Below, piece by piece: positions 50,216-62,989 of a DNA stretch of 64,000 nucleotides. The stretch is from Octopus sinensis. Its lineage: Eukaryota. Under the pieces are notes generated by a model that was not told the DNA's origin, searched no databases, and saw only the letters and a list, made by a program, of their open reading frames with translations. How positions within the stretch are numbered: position 1 is the first letter of the stretch; the number at the start of each line of letters is the position of its first letter. Location of the stretch: positions 80,352,001-80,416,000 of the forward strand of contig NC_043004.1 in NCBI RefSeq assembly GCF_006345805.1, in the 5' to 3' direction. Position numbers and translations under genes: made by a program.

Positions 50216-51040
50216 TTTGGTATTCTGAGCCCGAACAAGCTAGATTTCTCTTAGGAGCTTGCGAAACTTTGTCTCATGGCGGCCGAATCAAACTGCTTTA
50301 AATGATACTGTATGCGTTTTCCTTTAATTTTTCCACTCATATGTATGCGTGCGCGTGTATATATATATGCGCAGGCGTGGCTGTGTGGTAAGTAGCTTGC
50401 TTCCCTATCACATGGTTCCGGGTTCAGTCCCATTGCGTGGCACCTTGGGCAAGTGTCTTCTTACTGTAGCCTCAGACCGACCAAATCCTTGTGGGTGGAT
50501 TTGGTAAACGGAAACTGAAGGAAGCCCGTCGTGTATGTATATACATCAGTGTAAGTCTTTGTGTCTGTGTTTGTTCCTCTCCTCGCTTAATAACCATTGT
50601 TGGTGTGTTTACGTCCCCGTAACATTACCGGTTCGGCAAAATAGTCCGATAGGATAAGTAAGTATCAGATTTAAGAAGTCGATCCATTCTACTAAAATTC
50701 TCTAAGACTGAGATAGATAGATTGATAGGTATGTCCATCATCTTTCTCATCGCTATACAACGTCCATGTTCCATGCTGACGTGAGTTCGATGATTTGGCA
50801 AGAATCCGATGAGTCCCAGGTCGGCATCATTTTCTAATCTCTGTTTTGACAAGGTTTCTGCGGCGAAATACCCTCTTAACGCTAACCACTTCGTAGTTTT
50901 GCATTGAATGCTATTTTTCGAACCACCGGCACTGTTAGCTCACCATACGCATACATATACGTGTGCTTGCGTATATTATATTACAGAAAAGTCATTCTTT
51001 TGGATGCTCGTGTTCGCATGAAACGTCAAACATCAACCAT

Positions 51041-51085
<45 letters not shown>

Positions 51086-51209
51086 CTGTGTGTGTGTTGA
51101 GTTGTTTACGTCACCATAACCTTAAGGGCTCCGCAAAAGAAACCGATGTAACAATAGGGTCGATTTCTTGACTAAAGCCAGTAAAAGTTAAAAAATGTCT
51201 ATACGTTTG

Positions 51210-51283
<74 letters not shown>

Positions 51284-52035
51284 AGTGTGTGTGTATGTAT
51301 ATATATATATCTGTATGTATACACCATGCACACACTCTATAAGATACTTGTTAAAACTAATTTTAATTCACAGGAGTAATTGTGATGACCCAGTGGAACG
51401 CTATATATTGACGCTTGCTTTCCCGAGTCTCGTCATCACATGCTCAAATTAATGGCCGATGTTGTTTGTTAAGTAGCAAAGAGAAAAGATATCAGATGAG
51501 CCGTCTCTCTTAGAAAACGTATTCTTCGATTTGAACTTTATGGCTTCTGACATTCTTTAAGATTTGTCAAGAATAAACAAAACCTGTTCTTTCGTGTTTT
51601 TCGCACGTTTTACTAATTCTCTCCTCTCTTTCTTTCTCTCTTTTCTCGTTTCTTTATTTTTCAATTATTATTATTGTGCAAATTTGATCGCTGCTCACAC
51701 ATACAATCGCGTTATTAACATCCTACGACGGAGCAACGAGGGGAAACTCTACGAGCTAGCTCGCTATGCTAGAAATAACAGCCGAATATCATTCATATCA
51801 TATTGATATCACAGTCTACCGTCTGTAAGAAATATAATAGGAAACATTAGATAATGTTGTCTGAGTTAGATCGTTCTGTGGCAAGAAGTTTGCTTCCCAA
51901 CAAGATGATTTCCATTTCAATTCCACTGCGTGGTACCTTGGGCAAGTTTCTTCTACTATGACCGCGGGCCGCCCGAAACCTTGCGAGTGGATTAGGCAGA
52001 CCGATATATATGTAACGTTGTATATAAAATTTATA

Positions 52036-52170
52036 AGCCTTCACTGTATACTGACGATAGAATTTATTCTAATATAAGGGCAGAAAGCTCCGTAACGGGA
52101 AATAATTGGCACTTCCGTTACAGGGTTTATATTCAATTTATTTTCTATCGTCAATACATAGTGAAGGCTT
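52036..52170. mobile_element. Small MITE-like inverted repeat
   Basis: AAGCCTTCACTGTATACTGACGATAGAA versus TTCTATCGTCAATACATAGTGAAGGCTT. Confidence 0.6.
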
Positions 52171-52204
52171 GTGGTTCTGTTTGCATTGCATTCATTTACG
52201 TAAT

Positions 52205-52243
<39 letters not shown>

Positions 52244-52245
<2 letters not shown>

Positions 52246-52750
52246 TAGCAGTATCGCCCGGCGTTGCTCGGGTTTGTAAGGGAAATAACTATATAAGCAT
52301 TTTTAGAGAGTTACTTCCCTTATAGATGCCAATTCGGGCTTTCTTAGCCATTTCTGTTTTGGTGTCTTCAAGCCATGAAGTCGTTGTTCTAAAAGAACGC
52401 TGGTCTCCTTGACAACGCTTTACGACGTTGATTTCTTTACACTCCCTTCCCCACAGCTTCACGAGGGAGGGAAGAAGGGGGAGAAGCAAACAGGTGCAGG
52501 TGTGACCATGGACGCCAACTCTGCCGCCATCGACACACGAAAAATTATGCATTAAAATGGAATAAAAAATAATGTTAAATTATTTTAAAAATCGTAGACT
52601 CATCGTAGACACGCGCTAATACCGAGACGGGCTCGATATGAATCACGACTATAAGATACCCGAATTTGGTTAAACTGCACCGTGGGAGTAGTTAGGAATC
52701 TAAATCGAAGGGGACAGACACTCACACAACTACAGTTTTATATATATAGA
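52244..52750 (+). mobile_element. Helentron/HINE-like non-autonomous Helitron relative
   Basis: 5' ACTAGCAGTATCGCCCGGCGTTGCTCGGG and 3' ACAGACAC...TTTTATATATATAGAT ends are typical of DINE-1/Lep1-type elements (recalled); inserted after (TA)n. Confidence 0.6.
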
Positions 52751-53404
52751 TATATGTATGTGTGTGCGTATTTATTGCTCCCTCGGTTCACAACTGGTAT
52801 TGGTTTTCTTTCCGTTCTTTTAACTTAACAGTTCAGCTAAGGTGACTAATGGAATTAGTATCAGGTTTGAAAAGTAAAAATTAATTACTAAGGGTCGATT
52901 TGTTTGACTGAAACCTCTTCTAGATGGTGCTCCTGTATGACCGCAGTCCAATAACTGAAATAAATAAAAGACTTAAATACGAACGCACTCATAGCTAAAA
53001 TGCTTTCGATGATTGTTTTTGTTTTTTCTTTGCCATATCAGGTTTGACCTGGGGCTATACAACAATAAAATAACTACAGTTACAGTTTCAACAAAGTCTA
53101 CAATAGCTATGAAGAAATTGAAGTTGATGACTCATCAAACTAGAAATCCGATATCTCATCCCCACCATCTCTCTTTCTCTCTTCTCACACATACACACCG
53201 ATGTGGGAAGCGCGTTGCTTTGTGGTTAGGGGTGTTGCACTTATGATCGTGAGATTCTGGTTTCACTTCCTGGACAGAGGGACGCGTTTGTATTATTTGA
53301 GCAAGGCATCATTTCGCGTGGCTCCCGTCCGCCCGGATGGGAAAATTGAGTAATCCGTGTCATCTAGAATGGCGTCGGGGAAATATATATACAAAATCCG
53401 GGAA

Positions 53405-53544
53405 AAAGAAGCTTGCTTCCAAACCATATGGATCCGGGTTTAATTCCATTGCGTGGCACGTTGGGCAAATGCCTTCTACTATAGCCACGAGCCGACCAAG
53501 ACCTTGTGAGTGGATTGGTAGACGGAAACTGAAAGAAGCCTGTC

Positions 53545-53617
<73 letters not shown>

Positions 53618-53820
53618 TTGTGTTTTTGTGTCTGTGTTTGTCCATCCACCATCACTTGGTAACCGATGTTGGTGTGTTTATGTGTCCGTAGATTAGCGGT
53701 TCGGCAAAAGAGATTGATAGAATGAGTACCAGGCTTACAAAGAATACGTCCGGGGGTCGATTTCTTCGACTAGAAGGTGGTGTTCCAGCATGGCCACACC
53801 CAAATGACTGAAGCAGTTAT
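53405..53820 (+). mobile_element. SINE family B, near full length
   Basis: Head, CORE-like box, (TA)n, tail to GGTGTTCCAGCATGGCCAC. Confidence 0.85.
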
Positions 53821-54299
53821 AAGAGTATACACACACACACATATATATACTAAGATGATCCGGTTCCCGACTGAAGATTAGAGGCTTCGAGTGACCCCTC
53901 GGTTTTTTGTGTCGTCTCCTTGTGTGTTTTTGCGTTCTTGTCCCACTTTGTAATTTATATTTTATATTATATTCTATACATATATATGATTATTAAACGG
54001 ACAAAACCTTTTCTAACCTTTCGTCCTGTTTTGTCCCTTTATGTTTTCCAATCATATTTGTCAGCCCTTGTGGCCAATAAAAAGAATTAATTATTATTAT
54101 TATTATTATTTAGCTTAGGTTTATTGATGCTAATAACCTGGTGTTATTAGTATCTGTCTATATACACATGCTTCAGAAGGAAGTAATAATAAATTAAAAT
54201 CACAAAGAAATAAGAAATTGTGTTTGTGACATAATTTCCTATTATGTTATATGTCTTTGAAGCGTTGAAATGTATTGTAGAACAAGTAGAAATATATAT

Positions 54300-54640
54300 T
54301 TTTCAACGCGTAAATGCTAATGGAACAGCATATACAAGATAAAACCCTTACACAAGAGAAAAATCTGTCGACAATCAGCCATGTAAGGCTTTTATCCTAT
54401 ATGTGCTGTTCTATCAGTATTTACGAGTTGAAAAATATATCTTTCTTCTTGCTCTATAATTTTCTATTTCCTTGAGGCTGGCCAGATCGGAGCAATCTCA
54501 AGATTAATCAGCCGAAATAGCGAGGATGATCCGGTTCTTGACTGAAGATTGAAGGCTTCGAATGTCCCGTCCGTGTATTTTGCATCGTCTTCTAAATGTT
54601 TTGCGTTCTTGTCCCAGTTTGTATTTCTATATATATATAG
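54300..54640 (+). mobile_element. Penelope-like repeat; diverged partial copy at about 53860-53985
   Basis: GATGATCCGGTTC..GACTGAAGATT..AGGCTTCGA and TTGCGTTCTTGTCCCA are shared by both copies; TA-flanked. Confidence 0.45.
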
Positions 54641-54840
54641 CGCGGCGTACGTACCCTCTCTCTTTATATATATATATATAATATATATATATATATTTAT
54701 ATATATATAATATATATTTATATTATATATATTATATATATATTTATAATATATATATATATATTTATATATATATATATATATTTATTATATAATATGA
54801 ATATTTATATATATAATATATTTTATATATATTATATATT

Positions 54841-54871
<31 letters not shown>

Positions 54872-54877
54872 CATATA

Positions 54878-54915
<38 letters not shown>

Positions 54916-54918
54916 TAT

Positions 54919-54977
<59 letters not shown>

Positions 54978-54981
54978 ATAT

Positions 54982-55013
<32 letters not shown>

Positions 55014-55049
55014 ATATATATATATATATATATATGCATGTATATGTAC

Positions 55050-55395
55050 AGGACGTCCCCAACAACATGAAATATGAAAATAAATGAGTGAACTACGCAA
55101 ATAACGAGAAGGATAAAAGGAACAAATAATACAAAGAATGATCCTTCATCAGTTGTCGGCTGTCTACCTACTTACTCTTCATTTCGAGCGATCAACGAGA
55201 CAATATGAGTCTTGGAAGACAGTTGCTCCCCTAAATACCAAAACAAAATTTTGGATTTATGGAAGGTCAAAGTTAGGGACAAAAGCAGGGCAGTGGAGAC
55301 ATACAAGGAAACTGAACGAAAACAACCATGGATGGTCGTTAGCCCTGAGTGAGGGGAAAATAGTGAACGTTGAGAAAAATATTTTCTTTGAAAAG
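55050..55395 (-). mobile_element. Penelope-like non-autonomous repeat, copy 2 (inverted)
   Basis: GACAGTTGCTCCC, AGGGCAGTGGAG and AAATAGTGAACG are shared with the reverse complement of 10381-10570. Confidence 0.55.
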
Positions 55396-55704
55396 AGAAA
55401 AGATAGAATAGAGAGATAGGAGACGTCCAGTCCTTAGAACGTCCGTGCAGGAAAGAAAGGTGGACGATGGTCACGTGTGAGCAACGAGAGAGAGAGAGAG
55501 AAATAGAAAGGGAGAGACAGATAGAAAACGGTGAAAGGGACAAAAGGGAGTTAGAGAGGACAGGGGAGACAACAGTATAGAGTAGAGTCACATCAAAAAG
55601 GTTAAGATAAGCTTACTTGGAAATAGATGCATGACGTTCAATTAAATAATGATATAAATAATATACACACACACACACACACCACACACACATATATATA
55701 TATA

Positions 55705-56706
55705 TGTCTTGTTCCTTGGTTTGTGTCTATGTTTTTCGTCTCTCTATGTGTTCGACGTCTTTCTGGTGTCCTGTACACATATATGCGTATATATGTACAT
55801 GTAGAGGTAGGTACGTACATATATGTTTATATATATGCATATGTTCTATTTTATTAACATATTATACGACTAAACGCACGCACCCTATTAAGTAAGATTG
55901 TTCTGTTTATCAAGTTAGCCTTGATATTAAACTCTCACGCGACTCTGCATCTTTCTTTCTTTCTCTCTTCTCTCTCCCATTCCCTTTTTCGTCTTTTTTC
56001 CCTCACTTAACTTGTCTCTTCCTCTCTCTCTCCCCCTCACCGTTCTTCATGGTCTCCTCGCACCATTCCCCTTCTTCTCTCTCTTCCTCTTGCTCCTCCT
56101 CCCCCATTCCCGTCGTCCATCTGCGACGATACTTCCGTCGTAACTGCTATCCTGTCTTTTCTCGCCCGCCTTCTAAGGCTACTGGTCGACACATTTCTTT
56201 CTCTCTCGTCGTCCACTATAATCCAGCGTTTGCAATACTTTTTTCGTCTGGCGTTAACAGCCCTTCTTATCTTGTTCTCCTTGTCCTGTCTCTCACTGTT
56301 ATATATTTATTTTCCACTGTTATATATATATTTTTTACTGTTTATATGTTTGTACTGTCGTTACCGTCTTGCTTTTTTACCCCTCTGCGAAAAGATCTCA
56401 GAATTTTAATTGATTTGCTTTTCGCAGGAAGGAAGTTTTCTTCGAAGTATACGTCTCGCTTTTATCCTTCGAAACGTTTAGTAGATGAAACCTTAGCGAC
56501 TGAAGAAGGGGATTTTTCGTTGTGCTTATTGTCCTGTATCTCTTTTTTTGCTTGTCTTGTTCCTTGGTTTGTGTCTATGTTTTTCGTCTCTCTATGTGTT
56601 CGACGTCCTTTCTGGTGTCCTGTACACATATATGCGTGTATATGTACATGTAGAGGTAGGTACGTACATATATGTTTATATATATGCATATGTTCTATTT
56701 TATTAA
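55705..56706 (+). mobile_element. Element with 153/154-bp near-identical direct terminal repeats (pseudo-LTR-like)
   Basis: 55705-55857 versus 56553-56706 differ by one substitution and one 1-nt indel; no coding capacity. Confidence 0.7.
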
Positions 56707-56707
56707 T

Positions 56708-56805
<98 letters not shown>

Positions 56806-57164
56806 GAGGCACATATATATACATACATAATAACCATGACTAATATATTCTGAATAACGGATCGTAAAGTATTCCTTATAGTGTCCTTTGAACACCCTGA
56901 TGATTTTCTATCCAAGGTATTTTAAAATGCAAAATTATATATTTATATATTATATAAATTATATATTTATTGTAGATTTATTTTGGTTGTGAAACGAGAC
57001 ATTGTAGATGAATATGTTATTAATGAATTAATTTGTATCCATTAAATCTCTGTTTTCCCCCTCGATAATTATATTATATTATATATATATATATATATAT
57101 ATAATTGATATATTATATGTAGAAATATAATCCGAAAGAAGCACACTCTAAGATGTAGAGAGGT

Positions 57165-57393
57165 ATATATTAAAAATGGGGAGGCTGGTTTATGGGATTA
57201 ACTTAGGTTTCCCGTCCATACAAGGTTTAGCTTCATGGTGTATCGTAAGATCCCAAAAACCTATTGGCCCATCATCTCCATATTTTTAAGAGGTTATGGG
57301 CCAACAAGTTTTTTGGGATCTGACGATACGCCATAAAGCTAAACCCTTTATGGACGGGAAACCTAAGGTAATCTCATAAACCGGCCTTCCCCA

Positions 57394-57406
<13 letters not shown>
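57165..57406. mobile_element. Fold-back MITE with imperfect arms of about 100 bp
   Basis: TTAAAAATGGGG...GGCCCAT versus ATGGGCC...CCCCATTTTTAA, in a (TA)n context. Confidence 0.8.
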
Positions 57407-57442
<36 letters not shown>

Positions 57443-57449
<7 letters not shown>

Positions 57450-57720
57450 AATTGGCATTCCGTCGCTTACGACGGTGCGTGTTCCAGTTGATCCGATCAA
57501 TGGAGCAGTCTGCGCGTGACATTAATGTACAAGTGGCTGAGTACTCCACAGACACGCGTACCTTTAATGTAGTTCTCAGGGAGATTCAGCATAACACAGG
57601 ATGTGACAAGGTTGGCCCCTTTGAAATTACAGGTACAACTCATTTTTGCCAACTGAGTGGATTGGAGCAACGTGAAAATAAAGTGTCTTGCTCAAGGACA
57701 GAACGCGTCGCTGGGAATTG
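57443..57720 (-). mobile_element. SINE family C copy
   Basis: Reverse complement of about 18260-18507 (GTGGCTGAGTACTCCACAGACACG, AAAGTGTCTTGCTCAAGG). Confidence 0.8.
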
Positions 57721-57758
57721 ATTGTAAACTATATACCCTACATACCGAGCCACGCACC

Positions 57759-57801
<43 letters not shown>

Positions 57802-57814
57802 ATATGTGTATACA

Positions 57815-58830
57815 TGTGGCTTGTAATGCGCAGAAACGCGCTCAGGTTGCGCCACCCGCAACTATTTCTGAACGGTGAACGTGTGTGGGGGCTCCGTTTG
57901 TAAGGTACGTCTTTTCGCAGCTAGTCTCCTTGACGGAGCTGCAGTCCTGAATGCAGGAAAGTCCGGGTCAGGGTGTCTGGCATCTGGCGTATATCGGTCA
58001 GGCGCTCATAGCCCTCTCCGATCGGTGGATGTTCCACTTTAGCAACGTATAGAGGATTGGTGACGGGACAGTGCGACCTTCTCGTGGAGACTCCGGGCAT
58101 CGACGAAAGTAAACTGGTTAGTCTGTTTCGGAGGAAGTTCCTGTCGGTGTCTACCAAGGATAAATTTTCATTTGTCCTTGGCCTGGCAGTGCTACCGGGG
58201 CGGGGGCGCTACCAGTTCGAGATAAACTCTACAGCACGGATGTGCTGTAAGACGGGAATTGTCCGAGGTGCGCGAAACAGTTCTGCACGCACTTGTTCAA
58301 CGTCCAGGCACTGCTGACTCGTTGACTTACGTCGAACAGCTGCTGCCGGTGTGGGACATCCGTCTGTTCGCCGAGTCCATAGTGAAGATTGCCCGACCGC
58401 CTTCCTTTTAATTGGGCTGGTAAGGCAGTTTTCCATTGCTTGGTGGCTGTGGCAAAAGAGGTCGTCTGGTGGACGAGGTCGGGAGGCATGAGGACAGAGA
58501 CGTTCTTCTCTGGTAGAGCCCTCATCGATTTTTTTTTTCTTCAAGTTTCACTTGAAGACGAGAGTGTGGGCGGAGAAGGAGGTGCTGTCCTCGAGTAAAT
58601 TTATTGAAAGGTGAGTGAAAGTTGCGAAGATGACAAGAGTGGATGGTACGGCCCTAAGTGTAGACCTCTGAGTCGGAGAAAAGGAATTGGAGAGGTCGCT
58701 TGCCCTTGGTGTTCAGGGAGATCTTGAACGGTTAGGTTCTTCGATTATTCCTAGAGGTCCTCTCGTATTTGGAGGTCCATAACACTATCGTCCACATTTC
58801 CCACTCTTTCTTTTTACTGTTGTATACTTT
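57815..58830 (+). mobile_element. Tx1/L1-clade LINE 3' end (zf-RVT-like region plus 3'UTR)
   Basis: Frameshifted LAWQCYRG-ALPVRDKLY and CPRC-ETVLHALVQ motifs at about 58175-58310; begins just after a (TA)n(TG)n tract. Confidence 0.75.
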
Positions 58831-59390
58831 CCGAGGTCGACTTTGCCTTTCATCCTTTCGGGGTCGATAAATTAAGTACCTGTTACGCACTGAGGTCGAT
58901 GTAATCGACTTAATCCGTTTGTCTGTCCTTGTTTGTCCCCCTCTGTGTGTAGCCCCTTGTGGGCAGTAAAGAAATAAGAATCGTTAGCACGCCGGGCGAA
59001 ATGCCGCTAAGCATTTCTCCCGTCCTTACGTTGAGTTCAAATTTAGCCGAGGTCGACTTTGTCTTCCTTCTTTTCGGGGTCGATAAAATAAGCACCAGTG
59101 AAACACTGGAGTCAATGTAAACGACTAGTCCCCTCCCCCACAAAAAAGAAAAAAAAAAATTCAGGCCTTGTGCCTTTAGTTGAAAATATTATTATTATTA
59201 GGGTGGTGACATGGCAGAATCGTTAAGACGCTTAGTGACTTTTCGGCCGTTTTTACGTTCTGAGTTCAAATTCCGCCGAGGTCGATTTTGCCTTTCGTCG
59301 TATCAGGGTAACTAAAATAAGCACCATTTATGCACTGGAGTTGCTGTAATCCACTTACACCCACCTCAAACTTGCTAGCCTTGTGCCAAA
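58830..59390 (+). mobile_element. Cluster of three SINE family A copies or fragments
   Basis: Central domain repeated near 58832, 59048 and 59275, with both tail types present. Confidence 0.85.
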
Positions 59391-59395
59391 ATTAT

Positions 59396-59451
<56 letters not shown>

Positions 59452-59454
59452 TTA

Positions 59455-59905
59455 TAGGTGCAGGAGTGGCTGTGTGGTCATAATCATCTGCCTCATTAAT
59501 GTCTATGTCTAGCCCGCAAGCTACTCTTTGTAATGCCTCTATGGCAAATCTTTATGAAATAAAGTAGCTTGCTTACCAACCACATGGTTCCGGGTTCAGT
59601 CCCACTGCGTGGCACCTTGAGCAAGTGTCTTCTACATAGCCTCGGGCCGACCAAAGCCTTGTGAGTGGATTTGGCAGACGGAAACTGAAAGAAGCCCGTC
59701 GTATATATGTATATGTGTGTTTGTCCCCCAACATTGCTTGACAACCGATGTTGGTGTGTTTACGCCCCCATAACTTAGCGGTTCAGCAAAAGCGGCCGAT
59801 AGAATAAGTACTAGGCTTACAAAGAATAAGTCCTGGGTGTCGATTTGCTCGACTAAAGGCGGTGCTCCAGCATGGCCTCAGTCAAATGACTGAAACAAGT
59901 AAAAG
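59455..59905 (+). mobile_element. SINE family B, near full length with a short internal insert
   Basis: Ends GGCGGTGCTCCAGCATGGCCTCAGTCAAATGACTGAAACAAGTAAAAG. Confidence 0.88.
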
Positions 59906-59924
59906 TGCATTATTATTATTATTG

Positions 59925-60152
59925 CGGCAGACGAAATACGGTTACGCAAATACGGGCGAAATGCGGAGCCGTATTTCGTCTGCCGCTACGTTCTGAGTTC
60001 AAATTCCGCCGAGGTCGACTTTGCCTTTCATCCTTTCGGGGTCGATAAATTAAGTACCAGTTACGCACTAGGGTCGATGTAAACGACTTAATCCGTTTGT
60101 CTGTCCTTGTTTGTCCCCTCTGTGTTTAGCCCCTTGTGGGTAGTAAAGAAAG
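59925..60152 (+). mobile_element. SINE family A with short inverted 5' piece
   Basis: GCGGCAGACGAAATACGG (inverted) at about 59924-59941 precedes CCGTATTTCGTCTGCCGC and the normal body. Confidence 0.85.
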
Positions 60153-60837
60153 AATTATTATTATTATTATTATTATTATTGTAAGAGTGTGATTTAAGAG
60201 GCGTGTTTGGCTGCTATTTCTAGTTGCTCAAATGACCGCGTAAAGAAGTTGCACCTGCGTTGTTGGTACGTTGAAAACGCTGAACGATTTTGGTTCGGCA
60301 TTGAAGTAGAATCTTAAGATGTGTGGTAAGAAAGGGCGTGAGAACGACGTAGAGGCGGAGAAATAGGAAAAAAGAAAAAGCGTAAGAATTAAGGCCGAGA
60401 GAGAAAGGCTTATTATTGGTGGCGATGATGGTGGTGGTGGTGGTGGTGGCGGTGGTGGTGGTGGATGAAAGCGTTAAGAGAATAGCAATAAGACTCGACT
60501 TGGTGTTGTTGTTAATCGCTTGATTACTATTCCCGTGTAAGAAAAAAAAAATCGATAAACATTGCTAACATGTAGTTAAAAGGATCGATAGCCTGTTGGT
60601 GTATTTGTAAAAGAGGATCTGATGGATCTTTGCAGCTAGTGTTAAGTGTCCGCCAGTCAAAGCCAGGTCTAACAAAATAAATTGATTCCGACTGACTCAT
60701 TCTGGGTGTTGTTGTTTGTTTTTAAAGGAAGACGAAGAGAAGAGGCTGTTCGTCGCTTTCTTTCTATGCTTGTTGCCAGACCTGCTGGGGAAAAATTGTA
60801 GCCGGGTCTTCGTCAAATCCCAGCTTAATGTCAGCTT

Positions 60838-61745
60838 CAACGAGGGACCGTCTACGTGGTTGTTGGAGGTTTTAGAAATAGCAGCTAAATCTCCATCAAA
60901 TCGTGTGAACGTCAAAGCGGTGCTATGTGGTCGCTGGAGCAACTGGAAATAGCAGTCAAATATCCTTCATTGCATTTTACCTTCAACTAGGAATCATCGG
61001 GGTTGTTGGAAGTTTTAGAAATAGCAGCTAAATCTCCATCAAATCGTGAAATGTCAGAGCTGTTCTATGTGGTCGCTGGAGCAACTGGAAATAGCGGTCA
61101 AATATCCTTCATTGCATTTTACCTTCAACTAGGAAGCATCGGGGTTGTTGGAGGTTTTAGAAATAGCAGCTAAATCTCCTTCAAATCGTGTGAACGTCAA
61201 AGCGGTGCTATGTGGTCGCTGGAGCAACTGGAAATAGCAGTCTAATATCCCTCATTGCATTTTACCTTCAACTAGTAGTCATCTTCGTGGTTGTTGAAGG
61301 TTTTAGAAATAGCAGCTAAATCTCCCTCAAATTGTCAACACGGAACTACGTACACGCTCGCTGCAATAATTAAAAATAGCAACCAAATCTTCAAAGTGTC
61401 TGGAAGGAACCTTGTGCCTGGTTGCTATCTCTTTTAGAAATAGCAGCCAAATCTACGTCATCTATGAGGAACCATCTACGTGGACGCTGGAGATTTTAGA
61501 AATAGCAGCCAATTCTCCTTCGAGTCATACCTTGGCTTCAACGAAGTACCATGTACGTAGTTGTTGGAGCTTTTAAAGATAGCAGTCAAATCTCCCTCAA
61601 ATTGTTTCTTATCGTCAGCGTGGAATCATACGCCGTCTCTGCAGTTTTAGAAATAAGAGCTAAATCGCTCTCAAGTCGCGCCTTTTCGCCAACGAAGTGC
61701 CATCTATGTGGTTATTTGGGGTTTTGGAAATAGCAGCAAGATCTC
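60838..61745 (+). repeat. Tandem array of 13 diverged 62-77-bp monomers with a partial dimeric higher-order structure
   Basis: Core GAAATAGCAG(C/T)(T/C)AAAT(C/A)TCC at 60875, 60946, 61018, 61088, 61160, 61231, 61306, about 61373, 61437, 61499, about 61576, 61650 and 61727. Confidence 0.9.
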
Positions 61746-62044
61746 TACTGTTTTAAATAGGGCACAATGTGATCGTAGGTTATGTAGTTCTATATACGGT
61801 ATCGCAACGGCTGGAATCATTTTGATGACGTGGGTTTGCTTGTTCGGGATTTGTCTTGGGGCTAACACGTGTTAAAGCATGTGCGTATATATATGTATAG
61901 AGACATGTTTACGGATATTAATTAATACACACTAACGGAGACCTGTTTGTGATATATAGCCCTTGTTATAGTTCAAAATTATATAAAAGGATTTAGAAGC
62001 ACGGGTGTGAGCATACATACATGCAAGCGTGCATACATACATCG

Positions 62045-62209
62045 GTGTTTCGCCCGTCGCTACGTTCTGAGTTCAAATTCCGCCGAGGTCGACTTTGCCT
62101 TTCATCCTCTCGGGGTCGATCAAATTGACTACTAGTGAAACAGTGAGATCGATCTAATTGATTAGTCCCGTCCCCCCAAATTTCAGGACTTGTGCCTTTT
62201 GTAGAAGGG

Positions 62210-62210
<1 letters not shown>
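62045..62210 (+). mobile_element. SINE family A, alternative tail
   Basis: GTTCTGAGTTCAAATTCCGCCGAGGTCGACTTTGCC...CAGGACTTGTGCC. Confidence 0.8.
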
Positions 62211-62245
<35 letters not shown>

Positions 62246-62284
62246 GTTGTTGTTGGTGTTTCTGTTGTTGTTGTCGTTATTGAT

Positions 62285-62699
62285 ATTGAGTGAGAGAGCA
62301 GTGCATGTCATCAAAGTGACACTGGGGTACAAATATACGAAGCCCAATATACCCATTATGACTACCCGTCTGATAAGGGTACACCAGGCACATGCATCAC
62401 AACCATATTTGTGCACAACATGGTGATATCATATCAAAATAAACGGCGTATGACTTTGCAGGTGGGGCCCAATTAGAATTTTCTTCAGCTCGAGTAGCCC
62501 ATCCCGCTCATAAGGTGCCTGAATTAAGGGCTTAAGGATGTTGAACGAAACACCCATGATTCCAGAAATGAATTATTCAAACCCCAAAGAATTTCCTCTC
62601 AACTCATGGCCATGTTGCCCCCCCCCCCCCCGCTCCACTACTTCTGCTCGTGATCAGAGATGCACATATCGTCAGCCACTAAGGGACATGCTCAACTGG
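62285..62699 (-). mobile_element. Second copy of the about 400-bp AAT-associated repeat
   Basis: Reverse complement of 27779-28179 (GGGACATGCTCAACTGG, GCAGGTGGGGCCC). Confidence 0.8.
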
Positions 62700-62810
62700 T
62701 TACGGTCAAACAACTGACAAGCAAATCTGTGGTATTGAGCAGAATATTTACTGTAGCCCATCTTTTATACCATATTCTTCTTCTTCTTCTTCTTCTTCTT
62801 CTTCTTCTTC

Positions 62811-62842
<32 letters not shown>

Positions 62843-62948
62843 CTTCTCTCCTCCTCCTCCTCCTCCCCTTTTAAAACAGTTTGATTCGACTCAATGCGGC
62901 TCGGTTTCGCCTCCTCTAACAGCTTGAACCCGGCTCGTTCAAGCTTTA

Positions 62949-62987
<39 letters not shown>

Positions 62988-62989
62988 TA

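Noticed and set aside
50730-50850. RTE endonuclease start (HGTWTLY on the minus strand)
   Set aside because: Too short and degenerate to support.
60838-61745. CRISPR array
   Set aside because: Eukaryotic context, no cas genes, degenerate non-palindromic repeats, homologous and duplicated linkers, and the core also occurs dispersed.
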